Shown here piece after piece: positions 58,880 to 64,000 of a stretch of 64,000 bases of DNA (positions are counted from its first letter, which is position 1; each line of letters starts with the position of its first letter). The notes beneath the pieces are model-generated. The model was not told the origin of the DNA. It was given only the letters and a program-made list of their open reading frames with translations, and ran no database searches. The position numbers and the translations under genes were made by a program. Location of the stretch: NCBI GenBank assembly GCA_963771465.1, contig CAVYTU010000014.1, forward strand, positions 896,001 through 960,000, written 5' to 3'. This stretch comes from an uncultured delta proteobacterium (GTDB lineage: Bacteria; Desulfobacterota; Binatia; UBA9968).

Positions 58880-59566
58880 TTACTTTGCTTGAACGAGCGC
58901 AAAAGCTTCATGCGCTTCCGACAGGAACTTTTTGACTTTCTCACGGCTCTTGCGGCCGATGGCGTCTTCGACGCCGGTGTGGGAGTCGACTCCGGCCGGG
59001 CGTACTTCCAGAATCGCTCGCCTGACGTTCTCCGCGGTCAGGCCGCCAGCGAGAATGATCGGGCGAGGGGAAAGTTCCACCAGGCGCCGGCTCACGCGCC
59101 AGTCGTGAGTCTTGCCGGTGGCGCCCGATGCGCCGGTTTTTGGATCGAAGGTGTCGGTGATAAACGCATCGACGAAAGGCGATAACTCTCTCAGCATCGC
59201 TTCGAGAGCCTGGTCGTCGCGCATGCCGACGACCAGACTTTTGATCACGGTCAAGTTCGGATCGAGAGTTTTCAAGTGCGTCAGCTCATCTTGGTCGATG
59301 TCGCCGTGAAGCTGCACGATCCGGGCACCGAGTGCATGACAGAAGGCGGCGATCTTGCTCGCCTCGGAGAGATACGTGATCAGCACGCCGAATACCGGCG
59401 GCGCCAGGTTCTTGATGATCGCCGCCGCCTCTTCCTCGGTGAGATCTTCGCGGTGAACCGGCAGCCGCAGGGGAAATCCCAAATAGCGAACGCCGCATTG
59501 CTGAAGCATTTGCGCTTCGGCGGCGTCGATCACCCCGGCAATCTGGACTAAATTCTCTTCGAGCAT
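58880..59566 (-). CDS. trpF: Phosphoribosylanthranilate isomerase-like protein (orphan)
   Basis: VQLHG, GATGKTHDW, ILAGGLTAENV, GVDSHTGVE; N-terminal QIAG instead of KICG. Confidence 0.85.
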   Translation of the reverse strand: MLEENLVQIAGVIDAAEAQMLQQCGVRYLGFPLRLPVHREDLTEEEAAAIIKNLAPPVFGVLITYLSEASKIAAFCHALGARIVQLHGDIDQDELTHLKTLDPNLTVIKSLVVGMRDDQALEAMLRELSPFVDAFITDTFDPKTGASGATGKTHDWRVSRRLVELSPRPIILAGGLTAENVRRAILEVRPAGVDSHTGVEDAIGRKSREKVKKFLSEAHEAFALVQAK

Positions 59567-59586
59567 GAATCTATTGAGGAAACCAA

Positions 59587-59762
59587 GGGTCATACTTTTT
59601 GCTTCTAGACTTTTCTCGCTTTTTTGTTTCGTTCATACCTCACAGACACTTTTCAATTCAACGCCGCAACTCCTTGCTCGCGATCGCCGCGCCGTCGCGC
59701 AAAGCGCGCAGCTTGACCTATGCGATTTGCGGATGGACGCGGTCGCTTAGGCCGCAGTCGGT
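59587..59762 (+). repeat. REP-anchored methionine-synthase-II-tail repeat, copy 3
   Basis: AGGGTCATACTTTTTGCTTCTAGAC arm; minus strand TDCGLSDRVHPQIA*VKLRALRDGAAIASKEL. Confidence 0.85.
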
Positions 59763-60010
59763 TGGATCAAATCTTTACCATATAAACTGGTCCTACTCGC
59801 AACTGATTGACTGCACAAATTTACTCGAGGCTGCTCCAAGATAAGGATAAGAGACCGACGAAAATCCGAAACATCAAATTACCAGACTTGACCCTGATGG
59901 TTTCACTGCCGTATACGAGAGCGAGGAAGGTGGCAAAAGTAACAAACATTCTGACGTGCGTATTAATTGAATCTTTAAAAGGCCGAGAAAATGACTGAGG
60001 AGTTTATTTT

Positions 60011-61135
60011 ATGAAGGTTAAGTTCGTGACGGCCGGGTTTGTGTTTTGCGCGTTAGCCCTAGGAGTGTTGGCCGACAGCGCGGGTGCGGCGACGGCGTCA
60101 AGCGCAGAACTGGCTAAAGCGAAGAAAGAAGCCGAGTCCAGAGGGTACGTTTTCTATGCTAACCGGGACGAGATCGTTGCCAAGGCGAAAGCGGAAGGTC
60201 GCGTGCGGGTGTTGAGTAATATGGACCCGGACAATATCGATGCGCTGCGCAAAGCTTTCATGAAGCAGTACCCGTTCATTGACGCGCGCGCGGAGAGGAT
60301 TGCCGGGGTTGACGGCGGGCAACGCTTTGCGCTCGAACTGCAGGCCGGGAGAAGCAACTGGGACGTGTTTGAAGTCGCGCAAGAATTGTATCAGGACTTC
60401 CTGCCGCACCTTAAGAAATTCGATATCCTGGGGATGGCAAAGCAGGGAGTGCTCCAGATCCCCGGCGAAATTATTGATCCGACAAACCGTAACGTCATCA
60501 GTCTTGCCAGCACGATTTACAGCCTCTCGTATAACAAGAACCTGATCGCCCCGGACAGGGTGCCCAACCGGTGGGAAGATTTCCTCAGGCCCGAATTCAA
60601 GGGCCGAAAATTCATGGCCGAAATTCGCCCGACAGGGATGGCAACCCTGGCGGCCGGGCTCGGCGAAGAATGGATGTTGGATTATGCGCGCAAGCTCAAA
60701 GATCAGGACCCGGTCTGGGCGCGCGGCATCAGCCGTGCAATTGTCGCGATCACGACCGGCGAACAGTCCATGCTGCATTTGTCTTACTATCACTCGTGTA
60801 TACGGGCAAAACGAAAAGACATCTCCAAGTCGCTGGAGTGTAAGCTGATCGAGCCGGTGCCGGTGCGCACCCAGGAAATGACCACGATTGCGCAGGTCTC
60901 GCCCTATGCGCACGCAGCGCTACTGTGGCTCGAGTTCCAAATCTCGCCGGCGGCGCAGACGATTATCGAGAGCCTCGAGCCTAAAACATCGGTCTTTGTG
61001 GCCGGCTCCGAAGCGGCTAGAGTGACGCAGGGAAAGAAACTGGCGGTGAATAGCTGGGACACTCTGCCGAACAGCAACAAGTGGGAGAAGAATGCGCTCA
61101 ACGCTTTCGGTCTTCCCCAGGCGATTTTGAAATAA
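60011..61135 (+). CDS. Extracellular solute-binding protein (paralog family)
   Basis: Signal peptide, KAKKEAESRGY, PNRWEDFLRPEFKG, AFGLP. Confidence 0.9.
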   Translation: MKVKFVTAGFVFCALALGVLADSAGAATASSAELAKAKKEAESRGYVFYANRDEIVAKAKAEGRVRVLSNMDPDNIDALRKAFMKQYPFIDARAERIAGVDGGQRFALELQAGRSNWDVFEVAQELYQDFLPHLKKFDILGMAKQGVLQIPGEIIDPTNRNVISLASTIYSLSYNKNLIAPDRVPNRWEDFLRPEFKGRKFMAEIRPTGMATLAAGLGEEWMLDYARKLKDQDPVWARGISRAIVAITTGEQSMLHLSYYHSCIRAKRKDISKSLECKLIEPVPVRTQEMTTIAQVSPYAHAALLWLEFQISPAAQTIIESLEPKTSVFVAGSEAARVTQGKKLAVNSWDTLPNSNKWEKNALNAFGLPQAILK

Positions 61136-61261
61136 CGCGGGTTTCTGGCTGCTGACACCGGTGTATGGACTTCAAAGTACGTTACGAGCACACGGGTGCC
61201 AGAGCAATGAAAAGAAATAGGGCTTACCCGAGATAGTTGCGCAATGAAAGGAGACCAGCCT

Positions 61262-62323
61262 ATGAAAAAGCCCCAATGCATCGCTGCGCTCGCAGTGATT
61301 ATTTTGGCTGGACTGATACTGATGCCCGCCCTTGCTGATGCTCAGGCGAATTTCTACGAAGGCAAAACCATCACACTGATTCAATCGAGCGAGGGAGGTG
61401 GAACCGGCGACCTGCGAGTTAAGGCGGTGATCCCCTTCCTGCGCAAGTACATTGCCGGCAACCCCCACATTTTGTCGGAGTACATGCCCGGGGGAGGAGG
61501 GCGCAAAGCGGGCAACTACATGTTCGCCTCGGCTCGCCCGGATGGGCTGACCGTAGGTCACGTGGGAGGCGTTGTGGCCAACGCCATTCAGGGCCAGGCA
61601 GGGGTGCAGTACGACGTGGACAAGTTTATTTACTTGGGCGCCCCGAACACCGCGAGCCACTACGTCTTCGTGAGCCGCGGCGAACTCGGCCTCAACTCGC
61701 TTGAGAAACTGCGCGCCCACGCCGGCCTCCGCGTCGGCGCCCATGCCGTAGGCCATTTCGTTTACATAACCGGCCGATTGTTTACTTGGCTCATCGGACT
61801 CAGAGAGCCGCGCTTTGTGACCGGCTACTCGGGAACAGAGCTGGACCTAAACCTGCTTCGGGGAGAGATCGACTCGCGCGCCAACATCGCCGATACCGTG
61901 CTGCAACGCGGCGCCGATTCACTGACCAAAGGCTTGGTCAACGTCCACGCCATCTTGGAAATTCCCAAGGGGGATAAGCACCCCCATTCCCGTTTCGCAT
62001 CCCTGCCGGAGATCGAGAGCTTCGCCCGGAGTGACAAGGAGAGCAAGGTCCTGAGCATGTTCCGCGCATTTCGCCTCGTCGGCTCTCCCTACCTTCTCCC
62101 TCCCGGCACGCCCCAGGAGCGGGCGGAGATTCTGAGAGAGGCATTCCGCAAAACGTTTCGAGATCCGGAGTTCCACAAGGAGTACAGAAAGCTCACAGGC
62201 GACGACGCCACGCCGCTGCTGCCTGAGGGGATGCAAAAGGCCGTCAGGGAGTTGCCCAGGGAGCGCGAGATCGTGGATATTTTCCAGAAGATTGCAGGCG
62301 CTGACGCTCTTCCGCCGCGGTGA
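61262..62323 (+). CDS. Bug/TctC family substrate-binding protein
   Basis: FYEGKTI, GGTGD, GNP....YMPGGGG, PDGLT, PPGTP, DPEF. Confidence 0.9.
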   Translation: MKKPQCIAALAVIILAGLILMPALADAQANFYEGKTITLIQSSEGGGTGDLRVKAVIPFLRKYIAGNPHILSEYMPGGGGRKAGNYMFASARPDGLTVGHVGGVVANAIQGQAGVQYDVDKFIYLGAPNTASHYVFVSRGELGLNSLEKLRAHAGLRVGAHAVGHFVYITGRLFTWLIGLREPRFVTGYSGTELDLNLLRGEIDSRANIADTVLQRGADSLTKGLVNVHAILEIPKGDKHPHSRFASLPEIESFARSDKESKVLSMFRAFRLVGSPYLLPPGTPQERAEILREAFRKTFRDPEFHKEYRKLTGDDATPLLPEGMQKAVRELPREREIVDIFQKIAGADALPPR

Positions 62324-62330
62324 AAAAATC

Positions 62331-62404
62331 GGGTCGGACTTTTACTTCTAGACTTCTTGCTTTTTGTTTCGTTCGGCCCGCACAAGCACTTTTCAATTTA
62401 ACGC
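62331..62404 (+). repeat. REP-anchored repeat, copy 4 (shortest)
   Basis: GGGTCGGACTTTTACTTCTAGACTTCTTGCTTTTTGTTTCGTTC...CACTTTTCAATTTAACGC. Confidence 0.85.
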
Positions 62405-62434
62405 TCGCCAACAACAACTGGTGTGGAGGTATTT

Positions 62435-63586
62435 ATGATTGGCTACGGATTGATTTCGGCCGATTCTCACGCAAATGAAGTTGCTGCAACCTGGGAGCGA
62501 GTCCGCCGCAAATACGGCGACCGGGCTCCGCAAATACTGTGGAATCCGAGCGCAGAGGAACCCGGTCCTTACCTGTCAATTCCGGAGTGGGATACGAGCC
62601 TGGAAGGCCATAACCGCGAATCCTGCGCGATGGAGTTCGTCGGCATGGTGATCGGCGGGCTCGGCATAGGCAGCGTTGTCGGTCGTACTTCGGGGAAAGC
62701 CGCCGAATTTCGCAAAAAATTCCGCTTCGAAGACTGGCCAGGGCCGTGGGAGCCCAACTCCCGGCTCAAAGACATGGACCGCGACGGAATCGATGCGGAT
62801 ATTATTTACGCCAGTCATCTGCGCCACATTTACGGGCTAAGCGTCAAGGACGAGCCTTTCTTTCGCGCCATCGCGCAGTCGTACAATGATTGGTTGATGG
62901 AGTACTGTAGCGTTGACCCTAAACGGCTCATCGGCCTGCCGGTGCTTTCCATTCTCGACGTTCAAGGCGCAGTGCAAGATTTAACCGACTACAGCAAGCG
63001 GGGGGCTAAGGGATTCATGATTGCATCGTCGACACCGCTCGGCAGTAGCTACGGCGACAGAAAGTTCGACCCCCTATGGGCGGCGGCGCAGGACGCCGAC
63101 ACCCCGCTCTCCCTGCATACGACGACCGGCGCATGGAAAAAAGCCAAGTTCCATCATCCGCGGGTTCGCACTTCGATCCGCGGCGAGGGTGAAATTCAAA
63201 CGTCACTTCTCGAGATGATTTACGGCGGTGTTTTCGATCGCTTTCCTCGGTTAAAGATTGTTGCCGCGGAGTGGGACATCGGCTGGGTCGCCCATATGGT
63301 AGGTAAATTCAAAGACCATGATCCGAAAACCGGACTCCAATTGGCTCCCGCCGAGTATTTCCGCCGTAACATTTGGTTCACATTCGAGAACGACCGCGCT
63401 GGAGTGTTGACCACCCCGCTGTACGGTGCGGAGCGCTTTTTATGGGCGAGCGACTATCCACATGGCAATACCACATGGCCGGATTCCAAACAGATTGTCG
63501 AACAGCAGTTTGAAGGGATCTCGGACGAAATCAAACGTAAACTCACGCGCCAGAATGCCATCGATCTGTACAAGCTGGAATTCTGA
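62435..63586 (+). CDS. Amidohydrolase family 2 protein, paralog of 8018..9169
   Basis: SADSH and WASDYPH; colinear with the first copy; GGAGG RBS. Confidence 0.92.
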   Translation: MIGYGLISADSHANEVAATWERVRRKYGDRAPQILWNPSAEEPGPYLSIPEWDTSLEGHNRESCAMEFVGMVIGGLGIGSVVGRTSGKAAEFRKKFRFEDWPGPWEPNSRLKDMDRDGIDADIIYASHLRHIYGLSVKDEPFFRAIAQSYNDWLMEYCSVDPKRLIGLPVLSILDVQGAVQDLTDYSKRGAKGFMIASSTPLGSSYGDRKFDPLWAAAQDADTPLSLHTTTGAWKKAKFHHPRVRTSIRGEGEIQTSLLEMIYGGVFDRFPRLKIVAAEWDIGWVAHMVGKFKDHDPKTGLQLAPAEYFRRNIWFTFENDRAGVLTTPLYGAERFLWASDYPHGNTTWPDSKQIVEQQFEGISDEIKRKLTRQNAIDLYKLEF

Positions 63587-63634
63587 TCGTAGTATTGGCG
63601 AGCTTAGGTCATGGCAGATCCAATGGAGTCATTT

Positions 63635-64000
63635 ATGAAACTGTTATGCCGGTATGCGGCTTTCTCCTGGTTAGTGTTCGGTGCTCTTGGCTTGCCGCTT
63701 TTCGCAGCGACGGCACAGACGAAACCAACCTATCATGTTAGTTCGAGCCGTGAAGAAATCGTCTCAGCAGCTAAGAAAGAAGGAAGACTGCGCATTCTCA
63801 CGACCATGGATGACGCCGACACCAAAGCGAATACGGCGGCATTCAAAAAGAAATACCCGTTTATCGATGTCCACGCACAGCAAAGCCGCGGCACTGATTC
63901 GGCGCAGCGCTTGTTGCTGGAAATCAAAAGCGGCATGGCTAAGGAATGGGACGTAGTCCTGGTTTCCGCGGACTTCTACAGCGAATATCACCCGTACCTC
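63635..64000 (+). CDS. Extracellular solute-binding protein (paralog family), 5' part; runs off the window end
   Basis: Manual translation: signal peptide, AAKKEGRL, FKKKYPFID, QRLLLEIKSG. Confidence 0.85.
   Translation, partial: MKLLCRYAAFSWLVFGALGLPLFAATAQTKPTYHVSSSREEIVSAAKKEGRLRILTTMDDADTKANTAAFKKKYPFIDVHAQQSRGTDSAQRLLLEIKSGMAKEWDVVLVSADFYSEYHPYL

Overview
GC-rich bacterial accessory region. Its gene content (many periplasmic-type substrate-binding proteins, Amidohydro_2, LLM, Bug/TctC) resembles Candidatus Binatia or soil Deltaproteobacteria, which is an inference. There are about 50 mostly unlinked single genes or two-gene units in mixed orientation and at least 7 pseudogenes or gene fragments. 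I found no rRNA, tRNA, CRISPR array or intact transposase. The notable signal is intergenic. (1) GGGGTCA...TGACCCC REP-like arms recur, with a truncated RAYT-like Y1-transposase start. (2) Three IS3-family ends sit exactly 3 nt after GGGTCA. (3) Four REP-anchored, variable-length copies run into the 3' end of a methionine-synthase-II-like gene. (4) Three 37-bp direct repeats delimit two single-gene intervals. (5) A NUDIX gene is duplicated, with a third fragment. (6) A 116-bp piece of one gene replaces a similar-length piece of another. (7) Strand-biased 9-mer TGGAAC arrays occur four times. Together these suggest a cassette-accretion or DNA-shuffling hotspot. Readable regulatory units are a PAS-bEBP with enhancer array and sigma54 promoter for a fasciclin, an ECF/anti-sigma/subtilase module with a shared promoter motif, and a TetR-P450 pair with an operator. 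All calls come from reading the sequence; no searches were run.
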